DNA of 64,000 nucleotides from contig CAJMGO010000007.1 in the NCBI GenBank assembly GCA_905212975.1, positions 1,699-65,698 on the forward strand. Direction: 5' to 3'. This document shows, piece by piece, positions 51,779 through 62,303 of the stretch. The translations under genes and the position numbers were made by a program. The notes under the pieces were generated by a model. It saw only the letters and a program-made list of their open reading frames with translations. It made no database searches and was not told where the DNA came from. Position 1 is the first letter of the stretch; each line of letters opens with the position of its first letter. This DNA is from an uncultured Bacillota bacterium (GTDB taxonomy: Bacteria > Bacillota_I > Bacilli_A > RF39 > UBA660).

Positions 51779-53164
51779 ATGTATACTGCAGAAAATAAAA
51801 ATAGTTTTTCATTTAAGAATGTAATTTTACAATTCTTATTTGTAGCCTTATTCATTTTCATAATGATTTGGCTATTTCCATTAAAGAGTGATTTAAAGAA
51901 AGTAGAAAACAAGATTGAATCAACTCAAACTGATTTTTCAGTGCTATATGATCGTATATTTAACGAAAATGTAATAGCAATGAAAGATGGAGCAAAAAGT
52001 TATTTCACAACTTCTAGATTGCCTAAAAATGTTGGTGATAAAGTTAAAATGACTTTAAAAGAAATGCTTAATGCTAAGATTGTTTTACCATTTACTGATA
52101 AAAATGGTGATACATGTGATGAAGAAGCTTCATATGTTGAAATTACAAAATATAAAGATGAATACGTTATGAAAGTTAACTTAAAATGTGGAAAACAGGA
52201 AAATTATTTACTTGTTTATATGGGATGCTATGATTACTGTTCTACAACTATTTGTGAAAAGAATAAATCAGATGTAAAAACACCAGTAATTTATACACCA
52301 ACACCAAGTAATCCTGAACCAGCTCCAGTGCAACCATCACAAACAATAATAAATAATAATACAACAATAAATAACAATACAACAACTAATACAACGACTA
52401 ATACAACAACTAATACAACAACAATTATAGTTAATCCAATTATGCCAAATCCAAAACCAACATATGAGACTTGGTATGAATATAAAAAAACAACTGCTGA
52501 ATCTTATTCAAATTGGTCTGATTGGTCACAAACTAAACCAGAATCAAAAGATAATAGAGAAATCGAATGGAGAAGAATCCAATCTAAAGTTTTAGTAGGA
52601 TACAAAAAAATTACTTCAGATGATTATTCTAAACCAATTTATGGTACTGTAGATGCTATTGTTGGTCAAGTAACAAAAACTTATTGTGAAAAATATGATT
52701 TTGTAGCAACAGGTGAAGTAAAATATACTGATTGGAAATATCAATATACTGCTAAATTTGAGTCTGCTCCAATAGAAACTGCAACAACTCATTATGAAAA
52801 AGTAGGAGACTACAATTGGTATTGTGAAGATGATTGCTCATCAGGTACTGTATTCTTATATAAAGTTTATACAAGAACACCTGTTAATGTAGCAGAATAT
52901 AAATGTGTATCTACAAAAACTGCTAAAACAGCTGTTACTGCTAAAAAAACAGTTATAACTGGATATGAGAAAAAAGTAACTAAAGAACCTGTTTATGAAT
53001 ATCCTGAAAGAGATGAATGGAGATATCGTGAACTTACAAATAAAGCAACAATTGATATTAAATGGAGTAAATCAAATAAAGATGAAACATTATTAAATCA
53101 AGGATATGTATTAACTGGAAATACAAAAACAATTCAAGTATCTACAACTACTACAAGTAATTAA
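51779..53164 (+). CDS. Membrane-anchored extracellular protein of unknown function with a TTNTTTN low-complexity linker
   Basis: RBS GGGGGAG upstream of the ATG at 51779 (the ORF track over-extends to 51635). N-terminal TM helix. Cys-containing domain. (TTNTT)n linker. Trp-rich C-terminal domain. Confidence 0.6.
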   Translation: MYTAENKNSFSFKNVILQFLFVALFIFIMIWLFPLKSDLKKVENKIESTQTDFSVLYDRIFNENVIAMKDGAKSYFTTSRLPKNVGDKVKMTLKEMLNAKIVLPFTDKNGDTCDEEASYVEITKYKDEYVMKVNLKCGKQENYLLVYMGCYDYCSTTICEKNKSDVKTPVIYTPTPSNPEPAPVQPSQTIINNNTTINNNTTTNTTTNTTTNTTTIIVNPIMPNPKPTYETWYEYKKTTAESYSNWSDWSQTKPESKDNREIEWRRIQSKVLVGYKKITSDDYSKPIYGTVDAIVGQVTKTYCEKYDFVATGEVKYTDWKYQYTAKFESAPIETATTHYEKVGDYNWYCEDDCSSGTVFLYKVYTRTPVNVAEYKCVSTKTAKTAVTAKKTVITGYEKKVTKEPVYEYPERDEWRYRELTNKATIDIKWSKSNKDETLLNQGYVLTGNTKTIQVSTTTTSN

Positions 53165-53199
53165 TAATTTTATGGAAATAGAAAAGGGGATGACTTCTT

Positions 53200-55116
53200 A
53201 TGCAAGGTAATGGAATTAATTTAAACAAAGAATATAAAAAATTAATTAAAAAAGCATATAGTGAACCGTTAACAGCTGAAGAAATATCTGAATTTGAAAC
53301 AATGGTTAATAATGCAAAGGATGCTGGTAAATTATCAAGTGTTCAGATTAAAAATCAAGAAAAACATATAGAAGAATTAAAAAAATATGTAAATGATACT
53401 AAAAAAGTTAAAAAATTAGCTATACTTACAGGAGTTGCAGGAACAGTTTTAGCTGCAGGAACACTTGCTGCTATAGCAGTATCATGCGGAAAAAATGGAA
53501 ACAAGAATAGTAATATAGTTGCTGAAACCACTACTGAAGATGAAACTAAAAATGATTTTGAAAATGATTCTACTAAATTTGATACTGAAGAATTAAAATC
53601 ATTGGAAAATAACGCTAAAGAATTAGTAAATGCTTTAGTTGAAAGAGGTTATAAAATAGATGATAAAGAAACTTTTACTAAAAAAATTGTAGAAGGAAGA
53701 ATAGCTTTATCTATAGATAAATTAAGCCCTTATAAAGAAATTTCTCAATTATTAACATCTGGAAATATTAATGCTAAAAATGCTGCAATTGAAATGCAAA
53801 ATTTAATTCCAACAGTATTCAAAACTGTTATGGTATCTAATAAAAATATTGATTGGAAATTAATGGGTGTAAATGATGCAACTGCTAAATTTTTAAATAA
53901 TTATACTGATAAGTTGTTAGGTATAAAAAATGCTAAAACTGTTGAGGAAAGACAATCTTTAGTTACTGATTTACAAAGCTTTTTAACTGATTATCAAAAA
54001 ATAGCTATTGACAGTAGTGAGTCTTATGAGTCAACTGATTTATATGTTATGCATACAGCTACTTTATATGGCGATGAATTAGTTAAATCAGCAACTAATA
54101 TAAGTCAATTTGTTGGTACAGATGTATCTAAATTTATAAATTCACTTCCTTGTGATAAACCTGTATATATTGAAGAATTTGATTATGATAATTCTGATAA
54201 GTTTGTTAATGAAGTTAGCAGTTCTTTGGGTATAGATGTTAGAGCTGATCAATTCAATGATACAATTAGAAATTTAAGTGCTTCTTTTGATTCAGCTGAA
54301 AAAATGGTAGTTAATGGAACTGTAATAGATTCAGAATATGGATATGGAAAAATAGTTTCAAGAATATATGATCAAATTAAAGAAAATGAAAGCCAAATAG
54401 ATGTAGAAGCTTCATATGATTCAATGGTTAATTCTTTAAGAACTGAATTAAGTCAATATATTAGTTCAAAAAGCAATTTAAATACTGTTGATAAAAATGA
54501 TCACTTCGTTACAGATAGCAATGGTAATTCATATGTTGTACCTGATTCAACAATTAAAAATAATGGTGCAACTAATATTAATGACTATAAACAAAATGTT
54601 GAAAATAAAACTAATAATGAATTAAGTAAAAATAACACATTTACCGATAACAATGGAAAAGATATTTCTAAGGGTGATTCTTCAAGTGTAGATGATGCGG
54701 CTAAGAAATATTCAGAAGATTATACTAAAGGTAGTTATGCTGGAGCTACTAATGGATATATTGATGGATATTATAATAATGCATATAATGCAAATGTATC
54801 TGGTACTGAAGGGTATAAAGCTGGTTATAGGGATTCTTATGAAGAAAATTATAAGTTAGGTAATAAGAATAGAACTACAACTCCTGAAACTAAAGTTGAA
54901 TATGAAACAACTACTCCAAAAAAAGAATCTGAAACTATAACTGAACAGAAAAAAGTTGAGTCTGTAAAAGATTATGAAACTGAAACCACTGTATCTTCAA
55001 CTATTCCATCTTATGATTTTGATTATTCACAATATGGTGATGATTTTGAACCAATAGAAGGTGGACCTATTGATATGGGTGAGGATGTAGTTATTAGTTC
55101 CGGAAAAGTAAGATAA
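53200..55116 (+). CDS. Type-II membrane protein of unknown function (70-aa cytoplasmic N-terminus, one TM helix, about 540-aa extracellular region with a Tyr/Gly/Asn-rich C-terminal segment)
   Basis: TM helix LAILTGVAGTVLAAGTLAAIAV. No motif I recognise. Adjacent to and co-oriented with 51779-53164. Confidence 0.6.
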   Translation: MQGNGINLNKEYKKLIKKAYSEPLTAEEISEFETMVNNAKDAGKLSSVQIKNQEKHIEELKKYVNDTKKVKKLAILTGVAGTVLAAGTLAAIAVSCGKNGNKNSNIVAETTTEDETKNDFENDSTKFDTEELKSLENNAKELVNALVERGYKIDDKETFTKKIVEGRIALSIDKLSPYKEISQLLTSGNINAKNAAIEMQNLIPTVFKTVMVSNKNIDWKLMGVNDATAKFLNNYTDKLLGIKNAKTVEERQSLVTDLQSFLTDYQKIAIDSSESYESTDLYVMHTATLYGDELVKSATNISQFVGTDVSKFINSLPCDKPVYIEEFDYDNSDKFVNEVSSSLGIDVRADQFNDTIRNLSASFDSAEKMVVNGTVIDSEYGYGKIVSRIYDQIKENESQIDVEASYDSMVNSLRTELSQYISSKSNLNTVDKNDHFVTDSNGNSYVVPDSTIKNNGATNINDYKQNVENKTNNELSKNNTFTDNNGKDISKGDSSSVDDAAKKYSEDYTKGSYAGATNGYIDGYYNNAYNANVSGTEGYKAGYRDSYEENYKLGNKNRTTTPETKVEYETTTPKKESETITEQKKVESVKDYETETTVSSTIPSYDFDYSQYGDDFEPIEGGPIDMGEDVVISSGKVR

Positions 55117-55218
55117 AATTGTAAATAAAGAGTCTAATTTTGACTCTTTTTTTGTTATTTATTGATAAATAAAATTTAATATGTTAATATAAATATAGAG
55201 AATAGGAGGATGGTATTT

Positions 55219-55638
55219 ATGAAAGAAAATTTTGTTGTTGATTATGTTAATGAGAATGAATTTCATAAGCTTGAAAGATCTTTAAAAAAATATAATATGT
55301 TAGCATATAAAAAGTTGTATTTTGAATATTATCCTAAAATTAAGGAAGGTGTATTTTTAGGAGAATTGAAATCTCAAAATAAAGAAAAAAATACTGAAAA
55401 TTATGAATTGAGATTACCAACTGATTCTTTATTTGCTAAAGTACATGGCTATATAACTCTTCATTATACTATCTATAAATCTGAAAATCTTGTAATGTTA
55501 AATACTATTACTCCAGAAGACATTTTGACGGAAGGACATCAATCAGAACTTGAAACATATAAGGGTGTTATGGTTTCAAAAGAACACTCTGATAAAGATA
55601 TTTTTAAAATTAATTTATTAAATATGATACAAAAATAA
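55219..55638 (+). CDS. Hypothetical protein (weak resemblance to the RelE/ParE toxin fold in the C-terminal half)
   Basis: AGGAGGA RBS. The ELRLP...GYITLHYTIYKSENLVMLNTI pattern is only suggestive. Confidence 0.4.
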   Translation: MKENFVVDYVNENEFHKLERSLKKYNMLAYKKLYFEYYPKIKEGVFLGELKSQNKEKNTENYELRLPTDSLFAKVHGYITLHYTIYKSENLVMLNTITPEDILTEGHQSELETYKGVMVSKEHSDKDIFKINLLNMIQK

Positions 55639-55656
55639 GACTACATTTGTAGTCTT

Positions 55657-56181
55657 TTATAATTCAATTTTTTTAATATTACCATTTTGATATTCTAATG
55701 TTAAAAACTCTCCATTCTTTTTATACTTTGAATATTTAACTCCTGCTGAATCTAACATTTTTTGTGATGCTTGCATTTCTGGTTTATGATTACCATAATC
55801 ATATGGGTAATAATAAATTATTTCTTTTATTCCTGATTGTATTATGCTTTTTGTACATTCGTTGCAAGGAAAGTACATAACATATATTTTTGCACCTGAT
55901 AGTTCTTTACCTTTAGCATTCAATATTGCATTTTCTTCTGAATGAACTATATAGTAATATTTTTTATCTAATTCATTTTCTCCATCTCTATTCCATGGAT
56001 ATTCATCATCACTGCAACCACGTGGTAATCCATTATATCCAAGTGATAAGACAATATTATTATTATCTGCTATTGCGCACCCAACTTGTGTATTTGGGTC
56101 TTTACTTCTTTGTGATGATATAAATGCTAAAGACATAAAAAAACTATCCCAATTTAAATATTCTTCTCTTTTATTAATCAT
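55657..56181 (-). CDS. comEB: dCMP deaminase (ComEB-like)
   Basis: HSEENAI ... PCNECTKSI zinc-binding CDA-fold motifs. 174 aa. Confidence 0.85.
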   Translation of the reverse strand: MINKREEYLNWDSFFMSLAFISSQRSKDPNTQVGCAIADNNNIVLSLGYNGLPRGCSDDEYPWNRDGENELDKKYYYIVHSEENAILNAKGKELSGAKIYVMYFPCNECTKSIIQSGIKEIIYYYPYDYGNHKPEMQASQKMLDSAGVKYSKYKKNGEFLTLEYQNGNIKKIEL

Positions 56182-56251
56182 AAATATTCCTCCGAAATAA
56201 CTATATCATAAGCTTTGTAATAAGTAAATAATATGATATAATGTACTTGAG

Positions 56252-56929
56252 ATGATGATTATGTTAGAAAGACTAGAAATACTTGTTGGAAAAGAAAATG
56301 TAAATAAAATAAAATCTAAGAATATCGCTGTTATTGGAATCGGTGGAGTTGGAGGATACGTTGTTGAAAGTTTAGTTAGAAGTGGTGTAGAAAATATAAC
56401 CATAATTGATTATGATAAAATAGATGTAACAAATAAAAATAGGCAAATTATTGCATTAGACTCAACTATAGGTATGAAAAAGGTTGATGCAATTGAGGAG
56501 AGAATTAAATCTATTAACTTCAATTGCAAAGTTAAAAAAATAGATTGCTTTTTAGATGAAAGTAATATTGATATTTTAAATGGATATGATTATGTTATTG
56601 ATTCGTGTGATAGTATATTAACTAAATTTGAAATAATAAAATATTGCTTAGACAATAATATTTGCTTTATTAGTTGTATGGGTACGGGTAAAAGGTTGGA
56701 TCCAAGTCTTTTGAATATAACTGATTTAATGAAAACTGAATATGATCCTTTGGCTAAAAGATTAAGAAAAATGGTAAGAGACGCTAAAATAAATAAAAAA
56801 ATACCAGTTGTTTGCAGTACTGAGGTACCAAGAAAGCAAGATACAAATGTGATTGGTTCGAATTCTTTTGTACCAGCAACAGCTGGACTTTTAATTACAA
56901 GTTATATAGTTAATGATATAATTAAGTAG
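56252..56929 (+). CDS. tcdA: tRNA threonylcarbamoyladenosine dehydratase (ThiF/MoeB-family E1-like)
   Basis: IAVIGIGGVGGYVVESLVRSGV Rossmann/ThiF motif. Typical length. Confidence 0.8.
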   Translation: MMIMLERLEILVGKENVNKIKSKNIAVIGIGGVGGYVVESLVRSGVENITIIDYDKIDVTNKNRQIIALDSTIGMKKVDAIEERIKSINFNCKVKKIDCFLDESNIDILNGYDYVIDSCDSILTKFEIIKYCLDNNICFISCMGTGKRLDPSLLNITDLMKTEYDPLAKRLRKMVRDAKINKKIPVVCSTEVPRKQDTNVIGSNSFVPATAGLLITSYIVNDIIK

Positions 56930-56938
56930 GTGATATAA

Positions 56939-57478
56939 TTGAAATTAGAAAATGGTATTAAGAATAATTTAAAAGATATTTATGGTAGTTTAAGTGTTTT
57001 TGGAAAAATATATGATAGTACACTTTCATTTATAAATAAAAATAAAAAGATTGTATCTTGCGATTTAATTAGTGAATATTCTTTTATTAAATCAGGTAAT
57101 TCAACTAAAAATGGAAAGATAAAAAAATTTAATATAAAAAAGATAAGAAAAATTTATAAAAAAAATGGTGTTGATACAATTGTTATTAATCTTGATGAAT
57201 TTGATAAATATAAGAAAACTCTAATAAGGGATTCTTCTTATATAGCTAATAAAAATATTATTGTTTTTTCTTCTAATAAAGATTATGATTATGAAATAAT
57301 TATTAAAAGATATAAAAGATACAAATGTAGTTGTAATTTTTTTGAGTATGAAGATGGTTTTATAGTAAATATTAATTCTACTTTTAGTAGACAAAATAAA
57401 ATTTTAAACAAGCTTTATTTTATAAAAGATACACTTTACGATGTTTCAGAGGCAATAAGTAATTTTATTATAAACTAG
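56939..57478 (+). CDS. Hypothetical protein (TTG start)
   Basis: 179-aa ORF. AGGTGA RBS lies 7 nt upstream of the TTG. No motif I recognise. Confidence 0.4.
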   Translation: MKLENGIKNNLKDIYGSLSVFGKIYDSTLSFINKNKKIVSCDLISEYSFIKSGNSTKNGKIKKFNIKKIRKIYKKNGVDTIVINLDEFDKYKKTLIRDSSYIANKNIIVFSSNKDYDYEIIIKRYKRYKCSCNFFEYEDGFIVNINSTFSRQNKILNKLYFIKDTLYDVSEAISNFIIN

Positions 57479-57536
57479 TTGTAAATAATTTATAAAAATG
57501 CTAAAATATAGTTGTATTATGATAGGTGGTGGTTAT

Positions 57537-57776
57537 ATGGGAGAAACCAAAATATATAAAGTTGATGATTTTCAAAGTGCATATATATTGAATGAAATTA
57601 AAAGTGTTATGCATATATTGGAAGAGAAAGGGTATAATCCTGTTAACCAGGTAGTTGGATATCTTATGAGTGGTGATCCTGGATATATAACAAGTTATAA
57701 AAATGCTAGAGGAAAAATAGCTGCATTTGATAGAAGTAAAATTTTAGAAGTTTTATTAAAAGAGGTAGAAAAATAG
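57537..57776 (+). CDS. ireB: IreB-family regulatory phosphoprotein (UPF0297)
   Basis: 80 aa. Sits upstream of ruvX/mltG, like yrzL in Bacillus. Start at M14 with an AGGTGG RBS. Confidence 0.75.
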   Translation: MGETKIYKVDDFQSAYILNEIKSVMHILEEKGYNPVNQVVGYLMSGDPGYITSYKNARGKIAAFDRSKILEVLLKEVEK

Positions 57777-57784
57777 CTCGTTAT

Positions 57785-58204
57785 ATGGGACTTGATTTAG
57801 GTATGAGAACGCTAGGTGTGTCACTTAGTGATACAACCTTAACTATATCTAATTTGTATAAGACAATTAGATATGCTGAAGGAATGTATAATGATTCTAT
57901 ATCTGAATTAAGAGAGATAGTAAAAGAAAATGATGTAACTAAAATTATATTAGGATTTCCTAAGAATATGAATAATACAATTGGACCAAAAGGTGAAATT
58001 GCAATAGAATTTCAAAAAGAATTGCAAGAAAAATTAAATATTGAAGTAATATTACAAGATGAAAGACTTTCGACTGTAGAAGCAACTAATTATATGATAC
58101 AGGCTGATGTTTCAAGAAAGAAAAGAAAGAAAAAGATAGATGGACTTGCAGCAAATATAATACTTCAAACATATTTAGATAAGGAGAAAGGAAGACGTTT
58201 ATGA
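57785..58204 (+). CDS. ruvX: Holliday-junction resolvase-like nuclease RuvX/YqgF
   Basis: MGLDLGMRTLGVSLSD N-terminus (RNase H-like). 139 aa. Confidence 0.88.
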   Translation: MGLDLGMRTLGVSLSDTTLTISNLYKTIRYAEGMYNDSISELREIVKENDVTKIILGFPKNMNNTIGPKGEIAIEFQKELQEKLNIEVILQDERLSTVEATNYMIQADVSRKKRKKKIDGLAANIILQTYLDKEKGRRL

Positions 58205-58503
58205 AAGAAGAAAAAATGACTGTAATAGCACCAGGAGCAAATGGGGAACCAGTGGAGTATGATGTTTTGTTTACTTTTGATAGTGATGTAACTGGTAAAA
58301 GTTATATTGCTTATACAGATAATACTTTAGATGAAAAAGGTAATATTAAGGTTTATGCTTCAATTTATGATCCTGATAATTTAGAAAATTTAAGTGATAT
58401 TGAAACAGAAGAAGAATGGAATTTAGTTAATAATGTATTAAATAGAATTATTGAAGAAGCTAATACAATAAAAAATGAAATAGAGGAGGGAAAAAACGAG
58501 TAG
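58201..58503 (+). CDS. DUF1292 (UPF0473, YrzB-like) protein
   Basis: 100 aa. Conserved position between ruvX and mltG. Confidence 0.65.
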   Translation: MKEEKMTVIAPGANGEPVEYDVLFTFDSDVTGKSYIAYTDNTLDEKGNIKVYASIYDPDNLENLSDIETEEEWNLVNNVLNRIIEEANTIKNEIEEGKNE

Positions 58504-58513
58504 AACTCGTTTT

Positions 58514-59605
58514 TTGAAAGTTGTGAAAAGAAAAGTTAGTTTAAAAAAAATATTATTGTTTGCTTTAATTATTATTGTTATATGTGTTATATCTTTATTT
58601 CTAATTTACTTAAGAGGAATTTCTCATGTTGGAAAGGATAATACAAATATTATTTTTGAAGTAAATGAGAATAGTACGTTTTATAGTATATCGGATGAAT
58701 TATATAAAGAAAATTTAATAAGATCTGAATTATTTTATAAAATATATCTGAAATTAAATAAACCTACAGGTTTAAAAAAAGGAGTATATAGTTTGAATAA
58801 AACTATGAGTGTTAAAGAAATTGTTGGTGTATTAAGTGGGGATCCTGATTATAATTATGGTAGTGTATCTGTTACTTTTAAAGAAGGAATCAATATGCGA
58901 AAGGTTGCTTCAATAATAGCTGATAATACAGATAATTCTTTAAATGATGTATTTGATTTATTAAAGGATGAATCATATTTAGATGAACTTATAAATAATT
59001 ATTGGTTTATAACTGATGAGGTAAAAAATAGTGATATTTATTATTCTCTTGAAGGATATTTATTTCCTGATACATATCAGTTAAAGAAAAATATGAATGT
59101 AAAAGATATATTTAAAATTATGTTAGATAATTTAGAAGTTAAATTAAAACCATATAAAAAAGAAATAGAAAATAGTGATTATTCATTTCATGAATTGCTT
59201 ACTTTAGCGTCTATTGTAGAACTTGAGGCTTCTAATTCTAATGATAGAGCTGGTGTTGCTAGAGTATTTTATAATAGACTTGATAATAATTGGTCATTAG
59301 GTAGTGACGTTACAACATATTATGGAATTAAAGTTGATATGAATGAAAGAGATTTATATAAAAAAGAAATAGAAGAAAAAAATGCATATAATACAAGATC
59401 TAGTTCTATGAGTGGTAAACTTCCTGTTGGTCCTGTTGGTAATCCTGGAATTGAATCAATTAAAGCAGTTATAGAGCCAGAGGATAATGATTATTTCTAT
59501 TTTGTTGCTGATAAAACTGGTAAAACCTATTTTACAAAAAGTTATAAAGAACATACAAATACAGTTGCGTCTTTAAAGGAAAATGGTTTATGGTACACTT
59601 ATTAG
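58514..59605 (+). CDS. mltG: Endolytic murein transglycosylase MltG (YceG-like)
   Basis: N-terminal TM helix and a YceG domain (GYLFPDTY ... catalytic E in IVELEA). Confidence 0.85.
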   Translation: MKVVKRKVSLKKILLFALIIIVICVISLFLIYLRGISHVGKDNTNIIFEVNENSTFYSISDELYKENLIRSELFYKIYLKLNKPTGLKKGVYSLNKTMSVKEIVGVLSGDPDYNYGSVSVTFKEGINMRKVASIIADNTDNSLNDVFDLLKDESYLDELINNYWFITDEVKNSDIYYSLEGYLFPDTYQLKKNMNVKDIFKIMLDNLEVKLKPYKKEIENSDYSFHELLTLASIVELEASNSNDRAGVARVFYNRLDNNWSLGSDVTTYYGIKVDMNERDLYKKEIEEKNAYNTRSSSMSGKLPVGPVGNPGIESIKAVIEPEDNDYFYFVADKTGKTYFTKSYKEHTNTVASLKENGLWYTY

Positions 59606-60177
59606 ATATAGAAAATTATGCTAAGGAAAATAATATTCCAATAATGCAAAAAGATGGGATAGAGTTTTTAACTAATTATATAAAAGAGCATAATGTAAAG
59701 AAAATTCTTGAAATAGGTTGTGCGATTGGATATTCAGCAATTAGAATGTGTTTAGTTCATGATGATATAAGCGTTGTTACTGTTGAAAGAGATGAATCTA
59801 GGTATAAAGAAGCAATAAAAAATATAAAAGAATTTAATTTAGAAAAAAGAATTAATGTTATATTTGATGATGCTTTTAATGTTGATTTATCTGATAAATT
59901 TGATTTGATTTTTATTGATGCAGCTAAGAGTCAATATATAAAATTCTTTGAAAAATTTAAAAATAATCTTTCAAATAATGGTGTAATTGTGTCTGATAAT
60001 TTAGATTTTCATGGACTAGTTCATAAGGATTTAAATCAAATAGAAAGCAGAAATGTAAGGGGAATAGTAAGAAAACTTAATAATTATATTGAATTTTTAA
60101 ATACAAATAAAGAATTTAAAACTGATTTTTATAGTATTGGTGATGGAATTGGAATAAGTTATAGAATAAATTGTTAA
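59590..60177 (+). CDS. Class I O-methyltransferase (YrrM-like)
   Basis: LEIGCAIGYSAIRM SAM-binding motif. Position after mltG, as yrrM is in Bacillus. Confidence 0.75.
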   Translation: MVHLLDIENYAKENNIPIMQKDGIEFLTNYIKEHNVKKILEIGCAIGYSAIRMCLVHDDISVVTVERDESRYKEAIKNIKEFNLEKRINVIFDDAFNVDLSDKFDLIFIDAAKSQYIKFFEKFKNNLSNNGVIVSDNLDFHGLVHKDLNQIESRNVRGIVRKLNNYIEFLNTNKEFKTDFYSIGDGIGISYRINC

Positions 60178-60215
60178 ATTTATTCTTTTTTGTTATAATA
60201 TATCTGGTGATTTTT

Positions 60216-61061
60216 ATGTCTAAAATATGTATTATACCCAATAGTATAGAAATGATAAATAAAACATTAAAGTATTCTGATGCTTATATTATAGGAATAG
60301 ATAAATTAAGCATAAATATGCCTTTTTATTTTAGTTTAGATGAAGTATATATGATTAATAATATATTAAAAGAAAGTAAAAAGGAATTGTTTATATGCTT
60401 AAATAAGAATATGTTTAATTCTGATATTAATTTACTTGAAGAAATTTTAAAAAGCATAGATAAATTAAATATAAAAGGTATTTTATATTATGATATAAGT
60501 TTAGTTGAATTAAAAGAAAAATTGAATTTAAAAACTGATTTGGTATGGAGTCAAGAACATTTTACAACTAATTATTATACTATTAATTATTGGTATGATT
60601 TAGGTGTTAAATATACATATATGTCTAATGAAATAACACTAGATGAATTGGAAGAAATAAGAAAAAATACTGATTCAAAATTAATGCTTCAAGTATTTGG
60701 TTATATTCCTCTTTTTACATCTAAAAGAAGACTTGTAAATAATTACAAAGAGTATTTTAAGTTGAATAATAATTCTGATATTTATTATATGGAAAAAGAA
60801 GGGGATAAATATCCTTTAAAAGAAAATAAAGATGGTACAGTTGTATATAGTGCTTCTCCTATAAATAGTATTAAAGATTTTGATAAAATAGATAAAATTG
60901 TAGATTATTCAGTGTTGAATTGTTTTTTAATAGATGATTTAGAATTTATAGAAATTGTTAAACATTATTTTAATAGAGAAAAGTTTGATTCAATATATAA
61001 TGATACATATTTTTTACATAAAGAAAGTATTTATAAGGTGATTAGGAATGCAAAAAATTGA
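60216..61061 (+). CDS. Peptidase U32 family protein (YrrN-like)
   Basis: Paired with the following U32 gene, as yrrN-yrrO are in Bacillus. Start chosen at the ATG with a GGTGA RBS. Confidence 0.65.
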   Translation: MSKICIIPNSIEMINKTLKYSDAYIIGIDKLSINMPFYFSLDEVYMINNILKESKKELFICLNKNMFNSDINLLEEILKSIDKLNIKGILYYDISLVELKEKLNLKTDLVWSQEHFTTNYYTINYWYDLGVKYTYMSNEITLDELEEIRKNTDSKLMLQVFGYIPLFTSKRRLVNNYKEYFKLNNNSDIYYMEKEGDKYPLKENKDGTVVYSASPINSIKDFDKIDKIVDYSVLNCFLIDDLEFIEIVKHYFNREKFDSIYNDTYFLHKESIYKVIRNAKN

Positions 61062-62241
61062 ATTATTAGCTCCTGCTGGAGATTTAGAAAGATTAAAAGT
61101 AGCTATTGATTATGGAGCTGATGCTGTATATTTAGGAGGACCTATTTTAGGACTTAGAGCAAATGCTAAAAATTTTACTTATGAGGAAATAAAAGAGGGA
61201 TGTACATATGCTCATGAAAGAAATAAAAAGGTATATGTTACTGTAAATATAGTATTACATAATAAGGAAGCTAATTTAGTAGAAGAATCATTAAAACAAT
61301 TAGAAAAATGTGGCGTTGATGCTATTATAGTTAGTGATCCTGCAGTAATTTCTATTGCTAAAAAAAATACAAATCTTGAAATACATTTATCAACTCAGCA
61401 ATCAACATTAAATATGGAAGCTTGTCGTTTTTGGAAAAAAAAAGGAGTTAGTAGAATTGTTTTAGGAAGAGAAGTTTCAAAAGAAGATATATTAGAAATA
61501 AGAAAAAATGTTGATATAGAGATTGAATGCTTTGTTCATGGAGCTATGTGTGCTGGATTATCTGGAAGATGTGTTTTATCTAATTATTTGACAAATAGAG
61601 ATGCAAATAGAGGCGGATGCAGTCAAATATGTAGATGGGATTTTGATTTAAGGGATAAAGATTTAAATTTAATTAAAGGTGAAAATAATTTTACATTTTG
61701 CTCTAAGGATTTATCTATGTTAACTGTACTTCCAGATATGATAAAATGTGGTATTTCTTCTTTGAAAATAGAAGGTAGAATGAGATCTATATATTATGTA
61801 GCGACAATTGTAAATATTTATAGAAAAGCAATTGATGAGTATTATGAAAATGAATGTATTAAAAATATAGAGGAAAAAATAAAAATTGTAAGAAGATGCG
61901 CTAATAGAGATAGTATTGTTCAATTTTTTAATGGCGTAAATGATTATACTTGTGGTTATTATAACGGAAGATTTGAAGAATCTAATCAAGACTTTTTAGG
62001 GGTTGTACTTGAATACAATGATAAAACAAAAGTTGCAGTAATAGAACAAAGAAATTATTTTAAAAAAGGTGATATTGTAGATATATTCGGACCTAAACAT
62101 GATACTTATACAATAAAAATTGATGACATATTTGATGAAAATAATAATATAATTGATGTAGTAAGGCATCCAAGACAGGTTATTAGTATGGTAATAGATA
62201 AAGACATAAAAAGTGGCGATATAATCAGAATTCATATTTAA
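61048..62241 (+). CDS. Peptidase U32 family protein (YrrO-like)
   Basis: Contains E..GAMC..SGRC, the U32 signature region. 397 aa. Confidence 0.8.
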   Translation: MQKIELLAPAGDLERLKVAIDYGADAVYLGGPILGLRANAKNFTYEEIKEGCTYAHERNKKVYVTVNIVLHNKEANLVEESLKQLEKCGVDAIIVSDPAVISIAKKNTNLEIHLSTQQSTLNMEACRFWKKKGVSRIVLGREVSKEDILEIRKNVDIEIECFVHGAMCAGLSGRCVLSNYLTNRDANRGGCSQICRWDFDLRDKDLNLIKGENNFTFCSKDLSMLTVLPDMIKCGISSLKIEGRMRSIYYVATIVNIYRKAIDEYYENECIKNIEEKIKIVRRCANRDSIVQFFNGVNDYTCGYYNGRFEESNQDFLGVVLEYNDKTKVAVIEQRNYFKKGDIVDIFGPKHDTYTIKIDDIFDENNNIIDVVRHPRQVISMVIDKDIKSGDIIRIHI

Positions 62242-62303
62242 CTTGACAAAAATTATAATTTATAGTAATATTTTAGGCGTTGATAAGAAAAGAGTTGATA
62301 ATT

